A stretch of DNA of 64,000 bases, taken from an uncultured delta proteobacterium (GTDB taxonomy: Bacteria > Myxococcota > Myxococcia > Myxococcales > 40CM-4-68-19). The stretch covers positions 238,364 through 302,363 of the forward strand of contig CAWBVQ010000002.1 in the NCBI GenBank assembly GCA_963792275.1, given 5' to 3'. Within the stretch, counting starts at the first letter, position 1. Each line of letters begins with the position of its first letter. The notes under the pieces were generated by a model, which saw only the letters and a program-made list of their open reading frames with translations, did not search any database and had not been told where the DNA came from. The translations under genes and the position numbers were made by a program. Of the stretch, positions 1 through 9,106 are shown piece after piece.

Positions 1-397
1 AGGTGGGAACGTAGACGTCCACGCTGGGCCAGGAGGCCGGGTCGGAAGGCATGGGGAGCGGCCGCCTCCGCAAGCCCGCCACCGACTGCGCGTAGGCGAG
101 GAGCAGCATGGCGCACGCATAAAGCTCCGCGCCGAGGAGGACGCCGCTCAGCACCGCATCGAACGACCAGTCGGCGGAGAGCGTGGTGCTCAGGCGCCAC
201 CAGAGATAACGGCCGGTGGTGGCGGTGGAGAGGAGCACGAGCAGCAGCGTCACGGTGCGGCCGCGCATGCGACCGATGGCGAGCGCCGCCACGAGGATCG
301 CGCCGGCGAGAGCGACCTGGGTGCGCAGATCGAGCGGCGTCACCACGAACAGCGCCATGCAGGCGAAGGCCGCGAAGAGGAGGAGCGCGCTGCGCAT
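1..397 (-). CDS. bcsA: cellulose synthase catalytic subunit BcsA, N-terminal fragment (gene continues past window start)
   Basis: Not in ORF track because it runs off the edge. Hand translation from ATG at 397: MRSALLLFAAFACMALFVVTPLDLRTQVALAGAILVAALAIGRMRGRTVTLLLVLL...LPMPSDPASWPSVDVYVPT. TM helices are followed by the WP-x-VD-x-x-VPT(YNE) entry into a GT2 domain typical of BcsA. It starts 1 nt after the bcsQ-like stop. Confidence 0.65.
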   Translation of the reverse strand, partial: MRSALLLFAAFACMALFVVTPLDLRTQVALAGAILVAALAIGRMRGRTVTLLLVLLSTATTGRYLWWRLSTTLSADWSFDAVLSGVLLGAELYACAMLLLAYAQSVAGLRRRPLPMPSDPASWPSVDVYVPT

Positions 398-398
398 C

Positions 399-1121
399 TC
401 AGCGCGTCTCCGCGGAGCGATGTGGCCGCTTGCGCCGCGGCGGGATCACCTCGCGCGCCACTCCGTCGAGATCCGCGACCACCTGCGAGGCGGGCGCGAC
501 GTCGGCGAGGAAGAGCCCCTCCGCCATCGCCCGGGAAACCGCCGGGTCTTCCTGGACCACCGTGCGAAGCAGGCGCGGACCGAGCAGCGCGCGCAGGCGG
601 GAGACGGCATCGCGGTCGGCGCTCCGCCGGGCATCGAACGCGTTGACGACGTAGCGGGCGGGAGCCTTCGTCCACCTCGACATCCTCGTCCTCGCCAGCC
701 GCTCTTCCATGCCCCGGAGGGCGCGCAGCGAGGCGTCGTCAGGCCGCACCACGACGAGGAGCGCGTCCGCTTCGGTGAGGGCGTGCGCGGGGGGCGGCAG
801 CGGCGTGTCGACGATGACCACCTCCGATCGCGCGAGGAAGTCCGCGACCGAGGGCGGCGCTGCCGCGTCGCCGAGATCCACGGCCGACGCGCGATGCCCG
901 CGCCGGCGCGCGGCGTGCACGAGGTTCGCGCAAAGCGCCGTCCGGCCCGCTCCGGGCAAGAGTGAGACCAGCGCCAGGGAAAAAGCGCCGCCGCCTCGCG
1001 GCGCCGGCCGCGGGGGAGCGGCAGGCACGCGAAAGTCGCGATACCGGAATCCCGGCACGCGCAGGAGCCGAATCAGATGACGCACGTCGGGTGACAAGCG
1101 ATTCTCCGGGTCGCGACGCAA
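399..1121 (-). CDS. bcsQ: BcsQ/YhjQ-like ParA/MinD-family cellulose synthase operon protein
   Basis: C-terminal 240 aa of ORF 399..2054. Motifs: SLLPGAGRTALCANL (deviant P-loop), VVIVDTP, ALLVVVRPDDASLRAL, YVVNAFDARRS, VVQEDPAVSRAMAEG. The upstream half of the ORF is Arg/Gly-rich shadow overlapping the plus-strand lipoprotein gene. The start is uncertain (TTG 1121 or GTG 1085). Confidence 0.6.
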   Translation of the reverse strand: MRRDPENRLSPDVRHLIRLLRVPGFRYRDFRVPAAPPRPAPRGGGAFSLALVSLLPGAGRTALCANLVHAARRRGHRASAVDLGDAAAPPSVADFLARSEVVIVDTPLPPPAHALTEADALLVVVRPDDASLRALRGMEERLARTRMSRWTKAPARYVVNAFDARRSADRDAVSRLRALLGPRLLRTVVQEDPAVSRAMAEGLFLADVAPASQVVADLDGVAREVIPPRRKRPHRSAETR

Positions 1122-1265
1122 GACTACGAACTTGCGTTCAGGGGCGTAAGGCTCGGGCGCGCCTGCGGTCCCGCGCGCGCATTCCGGGCAGGCGCGCGGC
1201 CGTCGGACCGCTGCTCGCGGCGCGGAATTCCGGTGCGCAGCTTGAGCCTCCCCGGAGGCGTCTAC

Positions 1266-2382
1266 ATGCGTGTCGTGGTCCTGGCCGGAATGGTCGCGGT
1301 ATTGGCGTGCGGTCCGATCGATCAAGCAGGCTCTGGAGCCGGCGGTGGCGGCGCCGATGCGGGCACCTCCGCCGACGCGGGCACGGCGGCCGGCGGAGGC
1401 TCGCCCGACGCGGGAGGCGGAGGCGTCGCGTTCGCCTGCGCGGGAGTGGTGCCGCCCGATCCCGGCGCGCCGACGACCACCGTGACGGTAGAGCATGGCG
1501 GCGGCGACGCGTGCTTCGATGCGACCACCGATGGGAGCGCAAACGTGGCCGCGGAATCGCACGCCTCCTCGATGGGCGATGCCTGGACCGGCCGCTGGCA
1601 GATCTGGAACGCTTCGGGCGCGCCGCGCGGGTCCGTCTCCTCCGTCGGCGGCGACTTCTTCGGACAGGCGGAGGGCTTCCAGTCGACACAGGGCGACGCG
1701 CTCGTCACCTGGTCGGCCTCCGGGCAGGAGCTGCGCCGCTCGCGGCTCGAAGACAAGTGCAGCCACCAGGCGTTCTTCTCCGCGACGGGAGGTTCGCTGG
1801 TGCTGGATCGCTGCGGCTCCCGCATCGAGGCAGCGCGCTTCGACGCCGACGGGAAGCAGGCCGCCTCCACCGACGACATCGCAGACGGCACCGCCGCAGC
1901 CGGCATCGTCGACGCGCAAGGACGCGCCTTGATCGTCGTCGCGACCGGCGGTTCCTACACGGCGCGCTGGTATGACGGCGCGCTGCGCCCGGCATCGGCA
2001 TCGTTCGCCATCAGGCGGGAGCGGAAGCGCCGTCCCCATCGTGCGGCCCCTCATCGGCGGCGGCGCGGCGGTGCAGGTGGACGGCGCCTGGGTCGCGGTG
2101 GCCCGAAGCGCCGTCGGCTCCGCGGACGACCCTCCCGCCTGGCTCGCCTCGCATCCCCATCACGATCTGCAGATCATCCGCCAGAACACCGCCTATGCGC
2201 TCATCCCCAAATCCGGCGCCTCGCCGCGCAACGCCCTCGAGCTGTTCAGCGGCGCGGGCGAACGCTGCGGCGCGGTGACATTTCCGACGGAGGGCCTGTC
2301 GATGGGGATGGAGGGCACCGTGATCGGCAGCTCCGGCGAAGGGGGCTGCACGCACGACGTCTGGAGCGGATTGTTGCGATGA
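1266..2382 (+). CDS. hypothetical lipoprotein (frame-disrupted near 1990-2030)
   Basis: MRVVVLAGMVAVLACG signal/lipobox followed by a Gly/Ala/Asp-rich linker. Coding-like sequence continues from ORF 1233..2588 into ORF 1972..2382 (…AVPIVRPLIGGGAAVQVDGAWVAV…CTHDVWSGLLR) after a +1 shift. Confidence 0.5.
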
Positions 2383-2484
2383 TCCCGCGTCGCGCTTCCG
2401 GTTCCGCGCTGCAGCATGGTTGCATCCGAAACGGATTTGGGGTGTCGTACGCCGCCGGGGAAGCCCCAAACCCGAGGAGAGACC

Positions 2485-2961
2485 ATGCGCAAGATCAGCC
2501 TGATCGCCGTCGTAGCGGCACTGGCCTGTGGTGGATCGTCCAACAGCACGTCGAACCAGTACACGGCAACCTTGACCTCGGGAGGTGAATTCCCGACGCC
2601 ACCCAATCCCAACCCGAACGCGACGGGCACGGCTACGTTCACGGTCAACGCCTCGAGCGTGGACTACACCATCACCTATGCCAACCTGTCCGGCCCGCCG
2701 GTGGTGGCGCACATCCATCCCGGAGCAGCGGGGACCGCCAACTCCCCGATCATTCCCTCGTTCGCGGGGCTGCCCACCTCGGGAACTTCGGCCACCTTCA
2801 GCGGCACCTTCCTGGCGTCGGACATCAAGGCCGGCGGCGGAATCGCGGCTGGAGATCTCAACGGCCTGGTGGCGGCGATGAAGACGGGTACGGCCTATGC
2901 CAACATCCATACGCAGGCGAACCCGAACGGCGAGATCCGCGGCCAGATCAATCCTAAATAG
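2485..2961 (+). CDS. CHRD domain-containing lipoprotein
   Basis: GAGGAG RBS before ATG 2485. MRKISLIAVVAALACGG lipobox. CHRD hallmarks: VVAHIHPGAAGTANSPII and AYANIHTQANPNGEIRGQI. Confidence 0.8.
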   Translation: MRKISLIAVVAALACGGSSNSTSNQYTATLTSGGEFPTPPNPNPNATGTATFTVNASSVDYTITYANLSGPPVVAHIHPGAAGTANSPIIPSFAGLPTSGTSATFSGTFLASDIKAGGGIAAGDLNGLVAAMKTGTAYANIHTQANPNGEIRGQINPK

Positions 2962-3739
2962 TCGCCGTCGACACGGTCAGGTTCACGCCGTCGAACGTCA
3001 CCGGATGGCGGAGGAGCCCGGTTCCGGCCGGGCCCTGCATGAGCGTGCCGTCCAGTCCGAAGGTGGAGCCGTGGCAAGGACAGGCGTAGCCCGGCCCGCC
3101 CGGCAAGACCGTGCAGCCGAGATGACTGCAGACGGCGGACACCGCCGCGAACGCGTCGGCGGCGATGCGCGAGACCGCCACCGGTCCGGGAAAACCCGTC
3201 GGTTGGCCCACCACCGCGCCGCCCACTCTCGAGAGCACGGGAAAGCCGGCGATGGCGAAGGTGAACTGGCCATTCTGCACGCGGCCGGGAAAGACGCCGT
3301 CGCCCGCGAACAGATGCACGACCACGTTTCCGCCCGCGTCGGTCTCCGCGGGAAAGACGGTCAGGTTGGTGATGGCGGGTGGGTTGAGCACGGTTCCGTC
3401 CCCGGCGAAACGCGACCCATGGCAGGGACACTCGGCCTCGCGATCCTCCGGCACCCAGGCCACGTCGCAGCCGGCGTGCGGGCACTCGGCGCGCATTGCC
3501 AGATAGCCCTGCCCCGTGAACGCGACCAGATAGCCGGTCGTGGAACCCGCCGGCCGGACGATGACCGCGCCTCCGGGCTTGCCAAGCTCGGGCGCATTGC
3601 CCAGCGGCACGGTCACGTCGCCGTCCACGGCCTCGCCGACGGCGACGGAGCGGTTGGTGGAGATGCGCCTCGCGCAAGCGGTGGCCAGCGGGACCAGCGC
3701 GGCGGTGCGCAAGACGGAGCGGCGGGTGAATTGGGCCAT
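2954..3739 (-). CDS. Tat-exported protein with two tandem Rieske [2Fe-2S] domains
   Basis: Twin-arginine signal MAQFTRRSVLRTAALVPLA. Two complete Rieske motif pairs: CPHAGC...CPCHGS and CSHLGC...CPCHGS. Confidence 0.85.
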   Translation of the reverse strand: MAQFTRRSVLRTAALVPLATACARRISTNRSVAVGEAVDGDVTVPLGNAPELGKPGGAVIVRPAGSTTGYLVAFTGQGYLAMRAECPHAGCDVAWVPEDREAECPCHGSRFAGDGTVLNPPAITNLTVFPAETDAGGNVVVHLFAGDGVFPGRVQNGQFTFAIAGFPVLSRVGGAVVGQPTGFPGPVAVSRIAADAFAAVSAVCSHLGCTVLPGGPGYACPCHGSTFGLDGTLMQGPAGTGLLRHPVTFDGVNLTVSTATI

Positions 3740-3740
3740 G

Positions 3741-4289
3741 TCAGTCGTCCGGCGCGCCGCGCTGGATCCATTGCTGGATGACGGCGATGGCGTCGGCGCA
3801 GGTGGAGCCCGGCGCGGTTGCGGGCTGCCCGCTGCCGAACTGCGGGTCGTCGTTGGAGGTGAGGCGCAGCTTGGTGAGCAGGAAGCTGCCGTCCGGATCG
3901 CCGGGCTTGACCAGGGTGAGCCCGCGCGCGGTGCCGAAGCGGTTGGCAGCCGCCGCGTTCACCAGCGCGCCGTAAGGATGCCCGGCGAAGCTGGGGCCGC
4001 TCTCCACCGCCGGCGAGTTGCTGGAATGGCAGTTGATCTGCCCCACGCCGCAGCTGACCTGGAGGAAGCTTCCATTGATGCTGGAGAAGGTAGGCGAAAG
4101 CCTGGGGCAGGTGCGCGTGCCCTGGATGCAGGCGCCCTGCGCGCAGAAGCTCGCCGCGCCGCAGTCGGCGTCGAGGCCGCATTGCGCGGCAGGGACGTTG
4201 CCCACGCAAGCGCAGGTCAGGAGCGCGGCGATGGCAGGCCGGAGCGGCACGGCCGGCATTCTAACCCGGTGCCGATGGGCTGCGTGCAC
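3741..4289 (-). CDS. secreted/lipoprotein with planctomycete-cytochrome-c-like (PSCyt1-like) domain lacking canonical CxxCH
   Basis: Signal-like N-terminus (alternative start 4259, MPAVPLRPAIAALLTCAC) and a Cys-rich knot CGLDADCGAASFCAQGAC. Then FLQVSCGVGQINCH...LVKPGDPDGSFLLTKL...IQQWIQRGA resembles the PSCyt1 layout but with Cx6CH. The stop lies 1 nt before the Rieske start. Confidence 0.45.
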   Translation of the reverse strand: MHAAHRHRVRMPAVPLRPAIAALLTCACVGNVPAAQCGLDADCGAASFCAQGACIQGTRTCPRLSPTFSSINGSFLQVSCGVGQINCHSSNSPAVESGPSFAGHPYGALVNAAAANRFGTARGLTLVKPGDPDGSFLLTKLRLTSNDDPQFGSGQPATAPGSTCADAIAVIQQWIQRGAPDD

Positions 4290-4330
4290 CGGCGGCGCGC
4301 GCCGTTGTAAGCAGAGGATGGAGGTGCGCC

Positions 4331-5894
4331 ATGGTTCCCTTCCGCTGGCAGGTTCCCCAGCGCTTCAACATGGGCGTGGACGTGGCGGATCGCCACGGCG
4401 ACTCGCTCGCACTGATCGAGCTCGACTCCTCGGCCAAGGCGACCGAGCTGAGCTTCCGGGCGATCTCGGCGCTCTCCAACCGGCTCGCCAACGTGCTGGT
4501 CGCCCACGGCCTCTCGCGCGGCGACCGCGTGGCCATCCTCCTGCCGCAGCGGCACGAGACGGCGGTGGCGCACGTGGCGGCGTGGAAGGCGGGTCTCGTC
4601 TCGGTGCCGCTCTTCACCCTCTTCGGCGAGGAGGCGCTGGAGTTCCGCCTCCGCGACAGCGGAGCGCGGGCGCTGATCACCGACCGCGAGCAACTGGCGA
4701 AGCTCACGCGCGTGCAGGCGCCGGAGCTGCGCGCCGTGCTCTGCGTGGACGGTGCTGCGGAGGGCGCCCTCGACCTGCACGCGCTCCTCGGCCGCGCTTC
4801 CGACCGCTTCGCCGCCGTGGATACCGCCGCCGACGATCCGGCGATCATCATCTACACCAGCGGCACCACCGGGCAGCCCAAGGGCGCGCTGCACGCGCAC
4901 CGCATGCTCCTCGGGCACCTGCCCGGCGTGGAATTCCCGCACGACGGCTTCCCGCAGCCGGGCGACCGCTTCTGGACACCCGCGGACTGGGCGTGGATCG
5001 GCGGCCTCTTCGACGTGGTGATGCCGGCGTGGCACCATGGCGTCAGCGTGGTGGCGCACCGCATGCGCAAGTTCGATCCCGGCGAGGCGCTGCGGCTGAT
5101 GGCGCGCCACGGCGTCCGCAACGTCTTCATGCCGCCCACCGCCCTGAAGCTCCTGCGGGCATCGGGCGCGCGCGAGGGCGGCGTGCGGCTGCGCTCGCTG
5201 GGATCCGGCGGCGAGAGCCTGGGCGAGGAGCTGATCGAGTGGGGGCGGAGCGCGTTCGGCCTCACCATCCACGAGTTCTACGGGCAGACCGAGTGCAACC
5301 TGGTGCTGGGCAACGGCGCCGCTCTCCCGCCGGTGAGGCCGGGCTGGACCGGCACCGCCATCCCCGGGCACACCGTCTCCATCGTGGACGGCGAGGGACG
5401 CGAGCTGCCGCCGGGCGAGATGGGCAACATCGCCTACCGGCGTCCCGACCCGGTGATGTTCCTCGGCTACTGGCGCAACGAGAAGGCCACCGCGGCCAAG
5501 TTCCGCGGCGACTGGCTGATCAGCGGCGACATCGGGATGCGCGACGAGGAGGGATACTTCAAGTTCTCGGCCCGCGACGACGACGTGATCACCAGCGGCG
5601 GCTACCGCATCGGTCCGGGAGAGATCGAGGCCTGCCTCTCGCGCCATCCGGCGGTGGCGCTCGCCGCCGTGGTGGGCGAGCCCGACCCCATCCGCACCGA
5701 GGTGGTGAAGGCGGTCATCGTGCTGCGGGAAGGATTTCGCCGCCTCGGACGCGCTGCGCACGGACCTTCAAGACTACGTCCGCACCCGCCTCGCGGCGCA
5801 CGAGTACCCGCGCATCGTGGAGTTCGCGACGGAGCTCCCGCTGACCGCCACGGGAAAGATCATCCGCCGCGCCCTGCGCTCGCCGCGAAAGTAG
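4331..5894 (+). CDS. AMP-dependent acyl-CoA synthetase/ligase (one frameshift near 5735-5742)
   Basis: IIYTSGTTGQPKG AMP-binding motif, YGQTE, GDIGMRDEEGYFKFSARDDDVITSGGYRIGPGEIE. The conserved C-terminus ASDALRTDLQDYVRTRLAAHEYPRIVEFATELPLTATGKIIRRALRSPRK* is in the next frame, with TAG at 5892-5894. Confidence 0.85.
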
Positions 5895-5923
5895 CGCGGC
5901 AGCAGCGCTCGTGCGCGAGGCGG

Positions 5924-6466
5924 CTAGACCGCTTCGAGGAACACAATGGTGCCAATCAAAGTGATCTGGTAGCTCACCCGGTGCAGGGTCGCCTGGTCGT
6001 TTCGCACGGCGACGTCCACGTCGACTCCGTTGAAGACGCGGCTCACCTCGCGGCCGCTGACGGCATCAAAGCCAGAATTGAAGGGTGCTGGCCGCCATTG
6101 ATCCACGGCAAACCCGGCGTCGACCGTGCCCGCTTCCCGCGAGAACGTCGAGCTGACGGCCGCGAATGGTGCCCATTGCTCCAGGTCGAGACCCGGGCTG
6201 GCCCCGAGATTCGGATCCGGCAGGGGAAAATTGAACTGGCCGATCACGTGTTGGAGAGGAGCCGTGACGATGTCGGGAAAAATCGACCACTTGTCTCTCC
6301 GCCAATCGTGCGCGTTGTTGCCCGTGAAATCGATGATATCCACGCCCGTGAGCAGCAACTGCCATCTCTGGCCGGTAATGCTCGCGGGCTTTGATTCGTT
6401 GGCCGCGGGTGACACCGGGGTGATGACCCAATTCCGCACCGCATGCGATTTGATGATCACGCTCAT
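5924..6466 (-). CDS. hypothetical protein, compositional orphan
   Basis: 180-aa ORF with protein-like composition and local GC of about 52-55% against about 70% in the flanks. No signal peptide and no family recognised. Confidence 0.45.
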   Translation of the reverse strand: MSVIIKSHAVRNWVITPVSPAANESKPASITGQRWQLLLTGVDIIDFTGNNAHDWRRDKWSIFPDIVTAPLQHVIGQFNFPLPDPNLGASPGLDLEQWAPFAAVSSTFSREAGTVDAGFAVDQWRPAPFNSGFDAVSGREVSRVFNGVDVDVAVRNDQATLHRVSYQITLIGTIVFLEAV

Positions 6467-6560
6467 TGCAATCCCCCCGAAACCTTGACGGCCCCACTAG
6501 AGCAAGCCGGCGTCGTGCCGTCTACAGGCAGGCACGAGGGCACGACGCTAGAATCCACGC

Positions 6561-6962
6561 ATGCCCCATCTCCGCTTCGACCTCAACTTCGTTCCCAGCC
6601 CGGACGAGAAGGCCCGCTTCGCCGCGGCCGTGGCGCAGCATTTCGGCCGGGTGATGAACACCGGCACCGATCACGTGGCGGTCTCGCTCCGCTGCGGCGC
6701 GCGGGAAGACATCCTCTTCGGGCGCGCCGGCGATCCCGCGCGCGTCGCGCTCCTCGACTTCGACGTGCGTCGCGGCCGGACCGTGGGGCAGAAGCGCGAG
6801 CTGGCGCTGGCCGTCCTCGCCGAGCTGGAGAGGATTTTCCGGGTTGCGCCCCTGGACGCGTACCTCGTCTACACCGAGCACGACGGGCCCGACTTCCAGA
6901 TGCACGACGGCGTATTGCCCTCCTGGTCCGCGGGTGAAGATCCGCTCGCGCACCTGCGCTAG
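6561..6962 (+). CDS. tautomerase-superfamily protein (Pro-1, about 130-aa tandem type)
   Basis: Begins MPH (Pro1 after Met removal). Two beta-alpha-beta-like halves: MPHLRFDLNF... and ALLDFDVRRGRTVGQKRELALAVLAELERIF. Confidence 0.45.
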   Translation: MPHLRFDLNFVPSPDEKARFAAAVAQHFGRVMNTGTDHVAVSLRCGAREDILFGRAGDPARVALLDFDVRRGRTVGQKRELALAVLAELERIFRVAPLDAYLVYTEHDGPDFQMHDGVLPSWSAGEDPLAHLR

Positions 6963-7037
6963 AAGCCCTGCTCGGCTTGACGGACGATGCTCCGATCTGT
7001 CGTAGATCGCGCATCGCCCTCACCCGGAGGTCCTGCG

Positions 7038-8231
7038 ATGCCCGCCTCGACGCTCTCCCGCCGTGCGCTTCTCGCTGCTGGCGGCGCCACCGCGGCAGCC
7101 TCGCTCCTGCCCCGCCGCGCTTTCGCGGCCAGCAAGGCGAAGCTGCGCATCGGGCTTCTCCTGCCCTACTCGGGCACCTACGCCGCGCTGGGCAACAACA
7201 TCACCGACGCGATGAAGCTCGCCGCCAGCGAGCACAAAGGCATGCTGGGCGGGCGCGAGATCGAGTGGGTGGCGGTGGACGACGAGTCCGACCCGGCCAA
7301 GGCGCCCGCCAACGTGAACAAGCTGGTGGTGGGCGAGAAGGTGGACGTCCTCACCGGCCCCGTCCACTCCGGCGTCGCCATGGCGATGATGCAGATCGTC
7401 CGCCAGGAGAAGACGCTCACCATCGTCACCAACGCAGGCGCGCAGGCGGTGACCGGCACCCTCTGCGCCCCGCACGTCTTCCGCACCTCCTTCTCCAACT
7501 GGCAGACCTCGTACCCTTGCGCGGAGGTGATGCTCAAGGACGGCCGCAAGAAGGTGGTGCTGATGTTCTGGAACTACAGCTTCGGCCAGGAGTCGATGGC
7601 GGCCTTCAAGGAGGGCTTCGTCAAGGGCGGCGGAACGGTGGTGAAGGAGATCGCCGTTCCCTTCCCCAGCACCGAGTTCCAGGCCAACCTCTCCGAGATC
7701 GCCTCGATCAAGCCCGACGCGGTGTTCGTCTTCTTCGCCGGCGCGGGCGCGGCCAAGTTCGTCAAGGACTACGCCGCGGCGGGCCTGGGCGGGAAGATCC
7801 CGCTCTACGGCAGCGGCTTTCTCACCGAAGGCGTGCTCTCGGCGCAGGGGCCGGCCGCGGAGGGCGTGAAGACCACGCTGCATTACGCCGATTCGCTCGA
7901 CAACCCCGCCAACAGAAAGTTCCGCGACGCCTTCCGCAAGGCCACCTCGCGCGATGCCGACGTCTATGCGGTGGCGGGCTACGACACGGTCAACCTGCTC
8001 GCGCAGGCGCTGGGCAAGGTGCAGGGCGACACCTCCGCGCAGAAGGAGCTGATCGCGGCCCTGGAGACGGAGCGCGTGGAGAGCCCGCGGGGCCCGTTCC
8101 GCTTCTCCAGGGCGCACAACCCCATCCAGAACGTCTACGTGCGCCAGGTGAAGGGAGGCCGCGAGACGGTGCTGGGGATTGCGCGGAAGGACGCCGAAGA
8201 TCCCGCCGCAGGGTGCGCGACGGCGAAATGA
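7038..8231 (+). CDS. ABC transporter substrate-binding protein, branched-chain amino acid (LivJ/K) family, Tat-type signal
   Basis: MPASTLSRRALLAAGGATAAASLL signal. LRIGLLLPYSGTYAALG, DDESDPAKA, typical type I periplasmic binding fold. Confidence 0.85.
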   Translation: MPASTLSRRALLAAGGATAAASLLPRRAFAASKAKLRIGLLLPYSGTYAALGNNITDAMKLAASEHKGMLGGREIEWVAVDDESDPAKAPANVNKLVVGEKVDVLTGPVHSGVAMAMMQIVRQEKTLTIVTNAGAQAVTGTLCAPHVFRTSFSNWQTSYPCAEVMLKDGRKKVVLMFWNYSFGQESMAAFKEGFVKGGGTVVKEIAVPFPSTEFQANLSEIASIKPDAVFVFFAGAGAAKFVKDYAAAGLGGKIPLYGSGFLTEGVLSAQGPAAEGVKTTLHYADSLDNPANRKFRDAFRKATSRDADVYAVAGYDTVNLLAQALGKVQGDTSAQKELIAALETERVESPRGPFRFSRAHNPIQNVYVRQVKGGRETVLGIARKDAEDPAAGCATAK

Positions 8232-9106
8232 CCCTCTCGCTGTTCGCGCTCCTCGTCCTCAACGGAGCGGAGTACGGGCTCCTGCTCTTCCTGGTGGCGA
8301 GCGGGCTGACGCTGATCTTCGGCGTCCTCGGCGTCCTCAACTTCGCGCACGGCGCCTTCTACATGCTCGGGGCTTACCTCGCGTATTGGTTCGCCGCGCA
8401 GACCGGCAGCCTGCTCGCGGCGGTGCTGCTGGGACTGCCCATCATGCTGCTCGCTGGATGGGCGGTGGAGCGGGTGGCCATCTCGCGCCTCTATGCGCGC
8501 GACCACCTCGCGCACGTGCTGCTCACCTACGGGCTGGTGCTCATCCTCGGCGATCTCTCGCGCGCCCTCTTCGGGAACGACGTGCACGGGGTGCCGGTGC
8601 CCGCGGCGCTCTCCGGATCCCTGGCCTTGGGGGAGGCGCAGGACTGGCCCGTGTACCGCGCCTTCACCTCCGCCGCCTGCCTCTGCGTCGCTTTCGCCAT
8701 CCGCCAGGTGCTCCTGCGCACGCGGTTCGGCATGCGGGTGCGCGCGGGCGCCGCCAATCCGGAGATGGTGGAGGCGCTCGGCGTCGACGTCAAACGGCTG
8801 CTCTCCATCCTCTTCGCCGCCGGCACCGCGCTCGCCGCCTTCGCCGGAATGCTGGCCTCGCCGCTCACCACCGTGTATCCGGGTCTCGGCGACGGCGTGC
8901 TCATCGTCTCCTTCGTGGTGGTGGTCATCGGCGGCATCGGCTCGGTGAAGGGCGCCTTCCTCGGAGCCATGCTGGTTGCGCTCGCCGACACCTTCGGCAA
9001 GGTGCTCCTGCCCAGCCTCGCCAGCGCGATGGTCTACGCGGTGATGGCCGCGGTCCTGCTCTGGCGACCGCGCGGGCTCTTCGGCGAGCCGGCGGAAGCG
9101 CGATGA
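8228..9106 (+). CDS. livH: branched-chain amino acid ABC transporter permease (LivH-like)
   Basis: ATGA overlap with the binding-protein stop. MTLSLFALLVLNGAEYGLLLFLVASGLTLIFGVLGVLNFAHGAFYMLGAY... Intact. Confidence 0.85.
   Translation: MTLSLFALLVLNGAEYGLLLFLVASGLTLIFGVLGVLNFAHGAFYMLGAYLAYWFAAQTGSLLAAVLLGLPIMLLAGWAVERVAISRLYARDHLAHVLLTYGLVLILGDLSRALFGNDVHGVPVPAALSGSLALGEAQDWPVYRAFTSAACLCVAFAIRQVLLRTRFGMRVRAGAANPEMVEALGVDVKRLLSILFAAGTALAAFAGMLASPLTTVYPGLGDGVLIVSFVVVVIGGIGSVKGAFLGAMLVALADTFGKVLLPSLASAMVYAVMAAVLLWRPRGLFGEPAEAR

Noticed and set aside
216-965. 249-aa plus-strand ORF at the window start, and the N-terminal 300 aa of ORF 399..2054.
   Set aside because: They overlap the bcsA/bcsQ coding sequence and the plus-strand lipoprotein gene respectively, and have no protein-like features.
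4018-5844. 608-aa plus-strand ORF overlapping the acyl-CoA synthetase in another frame, and the minus-strand ORF 4217..5761.
   Set aside because: Only the 4331 frame contains AMP-binding motifs. The others are Arg/Gly/Pro-rich.
6484-6553. TTGACG and TAGAAT hexamers upstream of the tautomerase gene as a promoter.
   Set aside because: The two hexamers are about 58 nt apart, so they are not a pair. TAGAAT alone, 7 nt before the ATG, lacks a -35 partner. This is too weak to call.
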